Below are positions 13,527-25,119 of a DNA stretch of 64,000 nt, piece after piece (within the stretch, counting starts at the first letter, position 1; every line of letters begins with the position of its first letter). Source of the DNA: Trichodelitschia bisporula (taxonomy: Eukaryota); NCBI GenBank assembly GCA_010356995.1, contig ML996693.1, forward strand, positions 372,001 through 436,000, read 5' to 3'. The position numbers and the translations under genes were made by a program. The notes beneath the pieces are model-generated. The model saw nothing but the letters and a program-made list of their open reading frames with translations, ran no database searches and was not told where the DNA came from.

Positions 13527-13581
13527 TCAGCCACGGCTGATGGAAGTCAGCCACTGTGGGGACATCAGCCACTGTGGCTGA
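13527..13581. promoter_or_regulatory. TCAGCCAC repeat/palindrome cluster (Crz1 CDRE-like)
   Basis: TCAGCCAC at 13527, 13547 and 13565, plus inverted GTGGCTGA at 13574, in a divergent promoter. Confidence 0.45.
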
Positions 13582-14085
13582 GGCCATTATCGCGACCGCG
13601 AAGCGTTCCCACTCTAGACGCATGCTTCGACAGCATCATCTCACGAACTCATCACTTTGAAACTGAGTCCTTAGGCTTGGACGGAGAGACAGCCGTACCC
13701 ACCACGTAGCATTAGGAGCAAGCCTTCAGATGCCCGAAAATGGATGAGAATAACGCGACCAGTTTCCATTCGACCACGCTCTGTTTAGTTCCGCCGTCGT
13801 GCATAGGAAATGCCCTCACTATCTTTAATCGGCAACATCTGATGCTCTTCGACCTTCTCCTTAATTGTAGAAGATCTACCGCCATCGTCCTCTCTGGGCT
13901 GCATTATCAGGACTGCTCTCCATGATTTCTCCGTCGCTCGTGGTTTGCGGAATATATGAGGACCCATATTTGACTGGGGTTTGCCCTGATGCCGACAGTA
14001 TGCCATTCGGTCGCTTGATCAGTGAAATACAAAATAAGTCTCCTTTGTCTGAAGCACGGCTATTCGCAAACTCCCCGTTTCCAAA

Positions 14086-14753
14086 ATGTTGTTCTACTCC
14101 TATCTTCCGGTCTTCTTCTCCATCCTGACTTCAATCCTAGCCGCTGAGGGCTCCTCTTGCAACGTTAATGTTCACAACACGACTGAAGTCGCATGGCAAG
14201 TGACGAGGTGCGCCTACTGCTACATGGGACCGCACGATGATGGGAGAACTAAAGCAAACGACGTTCTATGGATAAACTACAACGGCACCCTTATCAATGG
14301 TAGCCTCTTCGATTCCAGCTACACTCCGGAGAAGCCATGGCCCGCTGGCGATCCCTTCAACTTCACGTTAGGAGCTAAGCAAGTCATTACAGGGTACATT
14401 GCTTCTTTGAACCTCATCACGGCTCCTATTCTTGGACTTCTCTCGCTAGTTGTCAGACGACTGACAAGGTGTATCCTGTCAGATTCGATGCGGGCCTCTA
14501 CGACATGTGCCCACGAGAACGCCGACGTTTGACGATTCCACCTAAGTACGCATATGGCGAGAAGGGGGTTCCCGATGTCATTCCTCCGAATTCCACTCTC
14601 GGTATGCCCCAATCGATCCCGATTCAGCACAGCATCATCTCCGGGCCTACTCGGGAATGGCGCCTCGCCTCGCCTCGCCTTCTTAGGGCAGAGTGCTGAC
14701 TTCGCATAGTTTTCGAGGTCGAATTGATGAAAGTTGTCAAGGTGGGAAATTGA
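14086..14753 (+). CDS. FKBP-type peptidyl-prolyl cis-trans isomerase with signal peptide (FKBP2/Fpr2-like, divergent)
   Basis: Signal peptide [24 protein letters not shown] motifs [47 protein letters not shown]...IPPNSTL|VFEVEL. Introns 14394-14482 and 14602-14709; stop TGA 14751-14753. Confidence 0.9.
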
Positions 14754-15690
14754 CATCCACTCGCTGAACCGAGAACCAGGATGCGATACGGAGCTTGAGC
14801 CTTGGTCATGGATTTCCTCAAGCCGCGGTCTGTAGTTCCCGCTCCTCCCGTAGGCTTTATCACTTTTAGCGGTATATGGCCAGTCAGTGTATGGCTGTCA
14901 TATGGAGCAATAATCCGAACCTCTCACTTTGACTTTGGCTGTTGTTTCACGGGAAAGCCTGTGCAACTTCATTGCACGCAAACAACATAGCCAGAAACAG
15001 ATATCCTCTTGAAATGCCTGCATAAACAACAGTCATTGAGAGTAGGACCTCATCTGCTGTCCATGATTCATTCTCACAACGGCCGAAGTATAAATCTGCA
15101 AGCTGCCAGGTTCGAATGCTCTTTGGATTTCTCCGTATGTCTGGGGCCTTTTAGGCTCCCACATGTTCCTCAAACGGTTCATGATGTCTGTTACTAAATG
15201 AGCTTGACCAAAGTACGTCCCGATTCCTCTCGAAAGTCCATACTGCGGATGGAGTGACTTTAGCAAGGTTTCTTCTCTTGCCGGGCTTCTTCTGTGCAAT
15301 GACCGCCCAACGTTTCGGTTTAGCCGTTCGGCTGGGTCCCCGCATTTCATTTGAATTCTTCAAAGGACACCAGTTCTGTGTGGAGTATATCCAGATGGAC
15401 CCTAGCCCTGAAACCGTGAGAAGGCTTTCCTGGTGACACGATATTCGCCGAACCCTGCTTCAGGCACCACAGAGACGGGGCACACACGCGTTTAATATAC
15501 GCAGCCGGCTCGCCCAGGAAAAGCTCTAGCTGTAAATATACTGCAGCCATGCCATCCTCGTTTCTGCGAGAAACCCTCCAGCTCGCACTCCTGTGCGGCC
15601 CAAGAACCATCCTCGCGCACGTCGACCTCTTCGCGACATGTCGCCGATAGCACTTCAAAGATCACCCTGCGTGAGAGGCAGGCTTTAATT

Positions 15691-16791
15691 ATGGACCCGG
15701 ATTCTTTCTTACACGCCCCTACTCCAAAATCTGGAACGCAAATCGGACCAGAGAATGGCATCTCTGGGGGATATCAAGGCTCGAATCCGGTTATTCGCCG
15801 GTCGATGACGGCGTTCTCGGCTATCGCCTGGTACAACGCCATCGAGCTCATCATCTTGGTTCTGGTCGTCTTCAAGAAATACTCCGGCTTGTACTTCTGG
15901 AGCTTGCTTGCGACCAGCTTCAGCATCATTCCGTACGCGACCGGCGTCTTCATGAAACAGAATCATGTCACAGACCTTGAGTTCCTTTCTATCACCCTCT
16001 CGACTATCGGATGGTTCATCATGGTACCTGGACAGTCATTGGTCTTGTATTCACGGCTACACCTCGTGACCCAAAACGAAAGGCTTCTCCGGTTCATCCT
16101 TTGGCTCATAATCATCAACTCCGTTGTACTTTGTATCCCCACCGGCGTGCTTACGTACGGCTCAAATACCCCTTCAAAGGACCAATTTCTCCACGCCTAC
16201 GCAATTGTTGAGAAGACCCAAATGACAATATTCTCCTTCCAAGAACTCTTTATTTCGATTGTCTACCTCTGGGAGGTCCGCAATATTTTGCGAGTGGTTT
16301 ACGAAGGAGGAACGCGCAAAGTCATGTGGCAACTAGCAGCTATCAACATTCTCATCATCATTCTGGACGTGGCACTTCTGCTTGTTGAGTTTCTCGACTA
16401 CTATCAGATCGAAACGACGATGAAGGGAATGATCTACAGCGTCAAGCTCAAGCTCGAATTCGGTGTGCTGAGCAAACTGGTCAAAGTCGCCACGGACAAG
16501 CACGGAAACCGCCGAGTACTAGGGGCCCAGGAAACTGATGATGGACTGAACTTGGACAACCTGCCGGCACAACTGACTGATATCAAAACCGGCGGTTCTC
16601 GTAGCGACGAAAACGGCGACGCGGAGTTCGTCGGTTCCGTCATCCGACAGGAGAATCTGCCTCCAGATTGGAGAATGGGCTCTGAGGGATCGATTACTCA
16701 ACCGAATTTACTTGAGCTGCGCAAGTCTATGCGTCCTTCGGGCTCGAGACGCTCGTCGATATCAGACATGTACCCCGGAAGGCTCGGATGA
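15691..16791 (+). CDS. Fungal integral membrane protein (about 6-7 TM) of unknown function
   Basis: Intronless 366-aa ORF with alternating hydrophobic helices. Motifs AWYNAIEL, YSGLYFWSL, GQSLVLYSRLHLV and YSVKLKLEFGVL are typical of a widespread ascomycete membrane family; hydrophilic C-tail. Confidence 0.85.
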   Translation: MDPDSFLHAPTPKSGTQIGPENGISGGYQGSNPVIRRSMTAFSAIAWYNAIELIILVLVVFKKYSGLYFWSLLATSFSIIPYATGVFMKQNHVTDLEFLSITLSTIGWFIMVPGQSLVLYSRLHLVTQNERLLRFILWLIIINSVVLCIPTGVLTYGSNTPSKDQFLHAYAIVEKTQMTIFSFQELFISIVYLWEVRNILRVVYEGGTRKVMWQLAAINILIIILDVALLLVEFLDYYQIETTMKGMIYSVKLKLEFGVLSKLVKVATDKHGNRRVLGAQETDDGLNLDNLPAQLTDIKTGGSRSDENGDAEFVGSVIRQENLPPDWRMGSEGSITQPNLLELRKSMRPSGSRRSSISDMYPGRLG

Positions 16792-17497
16792 GGCTCCATC
16801 CTGCACGAGCAGTACGGCTGCCAACGAGAGCGGGTGCCCCCTTGTTGCTAAACAACACGTGGATGGGCAGTGAGTGGCTTCCATCATTCAGACATCAAGC
16901 TAAAGCTAAACATAGTAGGTAGCACCATTCTCCCCTTTGCCCGGAGCTCAAAGTCCACGTCGGTTTATTAGCCGAGGGGCAAAGGGAGTGGTTGACTTTC
17001 TCGGCCGAAACGATGGTACTTCACAGTCGTGCCATGAGGTCAGTAAGACTGCGGCGAGGGCGAAGATCCTAGCATCTGAAGCTGGTGTTGTGTATCAAGT
17101 TCCTTTGGAGCTGGAACATGAGATGATGCTTTAATTTGTAATCCAAGAAGCATGTCTTTTGGCGCCGTACCTATTCCTAAACGGAATGTCACGGGATGCC
17201 GTAATATTGCACACTCGTTGCGATAGGGAGGCTGCTAGTCCCAGGCCTACATTCTAGCAAATGGAAGTTGCTCGATCCCGGCACCGGCCCGCGTTCTGGA
17301 TAATGCGGCAGAATGGCGATATATGCCAGGCACTTTCCTGACGATCATACTGGATGTCAGTGGTCGCCGAACTTGTCAGAGTGTGAACAGGTTGTGGTAC
17401 AAATTGATCTTGCATGTGGCACTGGGGGAGTCAGACTCAATTGCCTTTTCCTTTAAATATACATCACCGTTACTCTATCATTACACCAAACAACGCC

Positions 17498-18477
17498 ATA
17501 CCTGCTGACGGTGGGCTCCGCAACTAGGGTCTTGATTTCTATGACATCGACCCTTCCATCATCTCGGAATCGGCCCGAGAGTTGTTGGAAAAGTACGGCG
17601 CAATACCTCCGTCCGAAATCAACAGCCATGTGCAGGGCATAGTAAGGACGAAGATTATCACAAGAATGCCGGCTGACTCAACCAGAGGGCGAGAGCCTTT
17701 AAAATAGTAAGCAGATGGCTATAAAGCAGATCAGCCGGCTGATTGCCCGGTATCGTTCAGTTCCCGTATCCATGCATCGGGATGTACCGATTCCTGGATC
17801 TCACTCTGATCAAGTTCTCCGTTTACCCTCAAGTGATTGAGCGGATGAAAGGCGGAGAGAAGTTTCTGGATCTGGGATGCTGCTTTGGGCAGGAGCTTCG
17901 TCGGCTGGTATGGACAGTGTTCCACCACAACTCAGACTAACGGGTATCAGACGTATGATGGCGCTCCTTCGGAGAATCTGTACGGATCCGACCGTCGACC
18001 TGAATTCATCGAGCTCGGCTATGAACTTTTCAGAGATAAGGACACAAAGATAATGTTCTTCACTGGGGATGTGTTTAATCCGGAAGCCCCTATCAAGGCG
18101 ATTGACAGCAAAGTTTCATTGTGTACACGGGGGCACTCTTTCACCTGTTCGATTACGAGGGCCAGGTCGCTGTCGCCAAGCCTGTAGTTCACTTGTTGAA
18201 GCCCGAGGCTGGAAGCCTTGTTCCCGGTCGCCAGATGGGCAATATCAATCCTGGATACTATGCCAACCCGGCCTATGCGACAGAAAAACCGCTATTCCGC
18301 CACAACGCAGAGTCGTGGGCTGCTCTGTGGAAAGAAGTTGGCGGGGCGACCGGAACGCGGTAGAGCGTGGATGATCGGTTAGAGGAGGGCTTCAACCACA
18401 CGGTGGAGAATGCGATTACAAAGATGAGGGGAGAAGAAGGAGCAAGGCTCTTAAGGCTTGTGGTCCGGCGAGTTTGA
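17498..18477 (+). pseudogene. Class I SAM-dependent methyltransferase pseudogene (AusD/Trt5/AdrK-like family)
   Basis: Exons joined by introns 17642-17685, 17707-17760 and 17908-17950 give [61 protein letters not shown] and FRHNAESWAALW. Lesions: putative start reads ATA (17498), in-frame TAG 17525, frameshift near 18115-18120, in-frame TAG 18361. Confidence 0.85.
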
Positions 18478-18822
18478 TGCCGGCTGAAGGCGGCCGATAT
18501 AGCCCTGTAAGGGGAGTTTTATCAGCGGCTTCCTATAGACTAGACTTTTTCGGAATCGATTGCAATTGCAAAATCATTTCTGTTCCACCCGACCTCAGTC
18601 TGCGTGCTGGAGTTCAAGTGAAGTCCGAACCACTTCCGACAGTGAGGTAGGGTCAAAAGTTGCCTGAGGCCCCAAAGTGGCGGCCCATGCGCCAAGATCC
18701 TTCGCTTGCCGGTTTCCTGCACACACAAAATTCTGATCAGAACTTTTTTCGAAGCAACAACAACGTTCAGCGGCAAGCCTCACCATAAGAACCCTCCGCC
18801 GTTCTTCTGGAAGACTCTCAAG

Positions 18823-19575
18823 ATGTCGAAGATCTCAGTCGCCGGCGTCCGTGTGAACGTCAAGGAGTTGCTCGACTACTCCCTCAACACCAAGAAGCGG
18901 AACTTCCTGGAGACTGTTGAGCTTCAGATCGGCCTCAAAAACTATGACCCCCAGCGCGACAAGCGTTTCTCGGGCACCGTCAAGCTGCCGAAGGTTCCGC
19001 GGCCGGGCATGGCCATTTGCATCCTCGGTGACCAGCACGACATCGACCGTGCGAAGCACCATGGTGTTGACGCTATGTCGGCGGACGACCTGAAGAAGCT
19101 GAACAAGAACAAGAAGCTGATCAAGAGTGCGTACCCGGGACAATTGACAGAGGCAATTTACTGAGACATATGCAGAGCTCGCGCGCAAGTACGATGCCTT
19201 CATCTCTTCCGACTCCCTCATCAAGCAGATCCCCCGTCTCCTGGGTCCGGGTCTCTCCAAGGGTAGGCCACAGCCGATGTAGTGTTTCTGGACGCATACT
19301 GACACAAAGCAGCCGGCAAGTTCCCTACTCCAGTCTCGCACGCTGAGGATCTCGCGGGCAAGGTTACGGAGGTCAAGTCTACCATCAAGTTCCAGCTGAA
19401 GAAGGTCCTCTGCATGGGTGTGGCTGTTGGCAACGTCGGTATGACTGAGGACGAGCTGATCGGCAACATCATGTTGGCCATCAACTACCTCGTGTCGTTG
19501 CTGAAGAAGGGCTGGCAGAACGTGGGTAGCTTGACGATTAAGGCGTCCATGTCTCCTCCTAAGCGTCTCTATTAA
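18823..19575 (+). CDS. RPL1: 60S ribosomal protein uL1 (L1/L10a)
   Basis: [10 protein letters not shown]...[28 protein letters not shown]...[24 protein letters not shown]. Introns 19127-19175 and 19263-19312; strongly biased codon usage. Confidence 0.98.
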
Positions 19576-21471
19576 GCTGCTCCATGAGGTCATGTGGGGA
19601 TTTTGACTTGTGGAGTTGATAGCGATGCAATGAAAACGATCTCATGTCCCGACTCTCGAAGTGATGAGTTGAGTTTTCTGCATGGCCTAAGCGCTGCGGC
19701 TTGCCTGGACCGATTTCCACGACTACATCCGTACAGTACTTCTGTGTGTGTAGCGTTCACACTACGGATTATACTCTCTGGCTTCCTCGAACCCAGTTTC
19801 AGCTATCGCTAGCGATGCCGATCTCTTCCTGTTCCTATGCATATCCATTGTTTGCTACGCATCCCCGGATTCTCTTACCCCAGTGATAGGTCTCTACGAT
19901 ATAAACAGGAAAATGATCAGCCAACTGGCTTTATGTGGCTTAATCGCGTCAAGAAAGGTAGCACGCAGGAGGCTTTACTGTCACCGGGAGAAATGGGCCA
20001 CCGAACAGATAATAAAATCGCACTGCATCACGGCATCAAGAAAATATGTGCCAACTGTCTCAAAGCTGCGATCCATGGAGTAGCTCGCAGCTCGAGTTTG
20101 AAACAGATCGAGCAGTTCCTCAGTGAGGCCGGGAACGGCGCGAAACTCATGGGGACCAAGAGCAACTCGCAGCAAGCCGCCGAAGCGGAACCTCACGTTT
20201 TTTGTTTGTAGATGAGGTTTGAAAGGTGTCCGCGGGTTCGCATCCTTTTATGCAGCCAGGCGCCTTGGCTGCATGTCTAGCGAGGCAGGGGCATCACTCG
20301 TGACCTGACGATCCCCAGCCCCCAAAAAGCTGAGACTGCGGAGATCTTGACTTTTGGGCACTTTGTGCGGCGGCACCGAACAAGCAAATTCTCCTATCAT
20401 GACACCAACGAGGCATGGTCTTGCACGTCCAGGGCCCTACGCCCGCGGTTGTACTGCTAGGGACCAAATATCCGTGTCTGGATACCAACAACGGGATTGA
20501 GATCATGTGCAGCCTTCCCTCCGTTTCGACTTTCCGTCCAGCATCTCGGCCGCCCTCATTTGGGACTCGATCGAAGCCCGTACAACTTTGCCAGGCTCAA
20601 GATGTCTCCGTCACACGGGTCGTGGTTCCAAGCCGATTCGGTATGCGGACGCCTTCAGCCCGAGGCTTCTTATGTGGCTAAGTTTGTTTTGAGAGCTAGA
20701 CGCAACTTCCTGCGCATCTAACACGAAGGCGGAGGCCCATCCGTATTTGGATCTCGGGTTGACCGGAAGGCATCCGCTTCCGAGTACGTAAACCCTTGGG
20801 TTGGCTGACTCCAGGCACTGTGGTGATCCAATCCGGTTCAATATCGCTTGTAGAGAGATCGTCGGCTATCCAGTGGCTTTATGTTCCCTAAAGCAGAACA
20901 GCCCTGCAACTGTTGTCCTTCCCCGCTCGCCTTCGGACGACGCCATCATCACCATGATCCCTTAGTACTTGGTCAGAGATGCTATGGGGTCAGAGGTTGG
21001 TTAGAAGCCAATCACATTCGCCTCTTGGCTCCTTAGAAATCCGAAATCCGTCATCGCAACCGCCACAGGCTGCTTTCTTCTAGACCGGGCCTCACAAAGC
21101 CGGACACAGCGGATGGCAAGGCTTCTTGTGCATAATTTGGGCCTGGATCTGGGTTAGCTGCCGTCAGTATGCACCTCATCATATCTTGATAAAGTCTGAG
21201 AGGTCTCCCTCCACCGCTTGTAAATTGGTTTGGCAGATCTTGAAAGCCTCTTCGAGCATTTTCCCACATTCCTGCAGCTTCAATGTCGTGCTGCATGCCG
21301 TCTAAGTCGTCCGTCACTGTTTGATTTTGATCTGCACTATCCAATCCGTTCATCCTCACTTCTCCTTCCGTCAGCCACGCGGGAATATCAGCCTAGTGGT
21401 GGAACTGTGATCGAAGTGTAGCATTATTTGAACCCCCCAAAAATAAAGGTGCCTAGCTTCGGATCCCAGTC

Positions 21472-23498
21472 ATGCAGGATAGAAGCTGTAACAGGTAAGT
21501 TCTTGTTGTTATCTCCAGTTCAAGCACCGGACTTTGGATTATGACCTCCGCAGTAGAGAAGCATACTGACCCCACTCCAGTTCGGTCAAGTCGACCAGTT
21601 CGAATCTGCAGTCCGCCATCCTCCCACAGAATGCAGAAGTTGCTAAAGACGTGTCTCAACGCAATGCTCGATCAGAGGATTCCTTAGAATCCCGGATTGA
21701 AATTCTGGGCAGAGAAAGGCCGGAAAAGTTCGAATCAATTTGGAAAGAGATGGGATTTTGCTTCTCGATCGTTATGTCCCAAGTCTTAACGGTTTGTTCA
21801 ATCTCTGCACCTCGATGCCAATGCTGACTGCGTGACTTCATAGGAGTACTTTGTGTCCGGGTTCACCGTGATCTTGCCTACAGTGGTGAAGGATTTGGGT
21901 ATTCCGAGGTCTTCCCAGACATGGCCTGCCAATTCCTTCTCGCTTGTTGTCTCTTGCTTTCTTCTCGTTTTCGGCCGCTTAGGAGACATGTATGGCGGCT
22001 TCCCGGTGTACACTCTCGGCGTCTCTTGGCTTGCCATATGGTCCCTAATTGCCGGATTCTCAAAAGACGAATTGATGCTGGACTTCTGCCGTGCCCTTCA
22101 AGGACTCGGGCCGGCAGCATTCCTGCCATCCAGCCTTATGCTCCTCGGTAGCGTTTACCGACCCGGCCCCAGGAAGAACATCGTTTTCAGCATCTACGGT
22201 GCATGTGCACCACTTGGCTTTTACATCGGCATCTTCTTTGCAGGTATTTGGATGATCAAATCCATTTGGCATTCGCGTGCTAATGTTCTAGGTATTGCTG
22301 GTCAATATGCCACATGGGGATGGTACTTTTGGATTGGTACTATCCTCGCCGTAATGACAGCTGTAACATCGTATTACACGATTCCATCCGATACTTCAGA
22401 GCGGCGCGCCCTTGGCGTAAAGATGGACTGGCCCGGCGCTATTGTCATTCCTTCCGGGCTAGTCCTCGTCGTCTATGCAATCACCGACTGTGCCCATGCT
22501 CCCCAAGGTTGGAAGACACCGTACATTTACAGCCTCTTTGCGGTCGGTGCTGTCCTCCTTGGCCTGGCGGTCTATCTGGAAGGCTGGGTTGTTGAACAGC
22601 CGTTGCTTCCGTTCGACTTGTTCCAAGTCAGATACATGAAGCCTCTTGTTTTCGCGCTCTTCTTCTTTTATGGAAGCCTCGGCATATCTATCCTTTACGT
22701 AACCCTCTAGTAAGTTCGTAATTCAAAAGCAAACGGATGAGTACTTACGGAGGGTAGTATGACAGACATCATGGGCGGTAACCCCCTTCAACTTGTCGCA
22801 TGGTTTAGGTGCGTTGATGTTGCTTAGAACAGGGAAATATGCTGAAAGACAAATAGTCCGATGGCCCTTGGAGGCTGCATCATATCTACAGTCGGTGGCT
22901 TCGTCCTGCATATCATCCCTGGTAGTGTCATGATGGTGGTGGCGGGTGCGTCGTGGATTGTTGCCCCGCTGCTCTTTGCCATTGCCCCGGTAGGCACGAG
23001 CTACTGGAAATACGCATTCCCTTCGTAAGTCAAGCATCTTGTGCCAACTCACACAGCCGCTGACTTGATCTAGGATGATATGTTCAACCTTGGGAATAGA
23101 CATCACCTTCAATGTCACTAATATTTTTGTACAGTTCTTCCCATTTTATCATGAACAATGCTGACGGTGCTCCGTAGATAACTACAAACATGCCCCTCAG
23201 GCGACAGGGACTCGCCGGCGCCCTCATCAATAGTATATTGCAGCTAGGTATCGCCTTCTTCTTAGGGGTTAGTGAGATTGTAGCGACAAACATGGAGGAT
23301 AAGGGGCTGGCAAAGAGCTACAAGACGGTCTTTTGGTACGAAGTCGGGTGCTCGTCGCTCGCATTTGTCGTGCTTGTTTGTTTTGTAAAGATCAAACGGG
23401 CAAAGAGCGATTTGACTGTAGACGAACGCGCTGCTCTGGAGACGGAAATGGAGGAGCGAAAGCCCGCAATAACAGATTCGAGGGGCGCAGTCACATAG
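21472..23498 (+). CDS. MFS drug:H+ antiporter, DHA2 (14-TM) family, Atr1-like
   Basis: Motifs LGRERPEKF..IWKEMGFCFSIVMSQVLT|EYFVSGF, FGRLGDMYG, RALQGLGPAAFLPS, GSVYRPGPRKN, WGWYFWIG, MDWPG and QGLAGALIN. About seven short introns (e.g. 21495-21580, 21792-21843, 22244-22291, 22710-22757). Confidence 0.88.
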
Positions 23499-23943
23499 TT
23501 GATAGTGAAGTTAAAAAATCACAATCGTCAATAGGATCATGCCCCGAGCTTGCAGGCGAATGTCTGCAAATATCGCAAGGCTGGGGTGCAATGAGGCTGT
23601 AAAGGCTGAACTGTTTGAGCCTCTATCCCAGGGCCACCCGGAAAAGTCATGGCCGCCCTTTCCAGCGCTTTTGCGGACTAGAGTGAGCATAAACTTCTCG
23701 GGGGCCCTTGGCCATTGATCTAACGTGCGGGAGTCGGCATCGGTGCTTGGCATTGACGCTCGGCGGTCCGTGCGGGTCTTCCGTCGCAAGTGAGGTGCGA
23801 CTTCCAACCTCAAACCCCACACTCTCCTCCCTCCACCTCTCCGCCAACACCTTTTTGCAGCATCAACGTACCTCTACATTACCAAAAGCGGCACATCCGT
23901 CCTACTGTGCCTGTGGCCTAGGTACCACTCATTCACTGTCGTG

Positions 23944-25119
23944 ATGATTCACTCGGGCGTGCCCTCTCACGTCTTCTCTCACCAGCACCAGGACACTTTT
24001 GCCTACCCCCTCCACCATGGCCACCCGCAGCACATCAGTCAACAACACAATGTCCAGCAATATAATCGCCTTGCTACGGTGAATAACACTGGTGCGACTA
24101 CTGCGTCGATGGGTCTTGGTACTGGCGACCACCGTGGCGCCCTTGCGGCAGCCGATCAGCCACTGTCCGAGGACGACCGCCGCACTCTTGACTGGATCGC
24201 GCAGCTTCTCAATCCGAACTACCGTGAGGCAGCGCTGCTGGAGCTCAGCAAGAAGCGGGAACAGGTGCCTGATCTGGCCCTAATCCTTTGGCACTCGTTT
24301 GGTATGCATGTCCATTCCCGTCATCAGTTAGAAAGTCCACCAACACGTGTCCCTAGGTGTGATGACCGCTCTCCTGCAGGAGATCATTTCCGTATATCCG
24401 CTTCTCAACCAGTCGCAGCTTACAGCGGCTGCCTCAAACCGGGTTTGCAATGCCCTCGCCCTCCTTCAGTGTGTGGCGTCGGCCCCTGAAACTCGTCAAC
24501 TCTTCCTCAACGGTACGCGTACACTGGTGTTTTTGTGTGTAGCACAAGCTGACCGCAGCAAGCGCATATACCTCTGTTTCTATATCCTTTTTTGAACACT
24601 ACCTCAAAGTCGCGCCCTTTTGAGTACTTGCGCCTTACGTCTCTGGGCGTCATCGGTGCCTTGGTTAAGAATGACTCCTCGGAAGTGATCAATTTCCTTC
24701 TCACCACGGAGATCATTCCCCTCTGCCTGCGCATCATGGAAACAGGCTCAGAGCTTAGCAAGACGGTTGCGATCTTCATCGTGCAGAAAATCCTCCTTGA
24801 CGATGTCGGCCTGGCGTACATTTGCCAGACGTATGAGCGCTTCTACGCTGTTGGAACAGTCTTGTCCAACATGGTCAACCAACTTGTGGAGCAGCAGACT
24901 GTTCGTCTTCTTAAGCATGTGGTCCGTTGCTTCCTTCGGCTCAGCGACAATGCTCGTGCGCGCGAAGCACTCCGTCAATGTCTCCCCGAGCCACTTCGCG
25001 ACGCGACTTTCTCTGCAGTTCTACGCGACGACGCGGCTACGAAGCGTTGCCTGGCACAGCTGCTTATCAATCTCTCGGATACCGTCGGTGACACCAACCA
25101 ACAGCCACTCCTTCACTAG
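23944..25119 (+). CDS. RCD1: CCR4-NOT subunit Rcd1/Caf40/CNOT9
   Basis: [87 protein letters not shown]. Introns 24302-24356 and 24513-24562. Confidence 0.97.

Noticed and set aside
18644..18653. Homol-E-like GAGGTAGGGT upstream of RPL1
   Set aside because: Only 8/10 match and a single copy; cannot be distinguished from chance.
18835..19593. 252-aa antisense ORF across RPL1
   Set aside because: Typical shadow ORF of a highly biased ribosomal-protein gene; no recognisable domain.
21495..21580. Possible stwintron in MFS intron 1
   Set aside because: Removing the putative internal intron would leave an external intron of only about 28 nt, too short to be credible.
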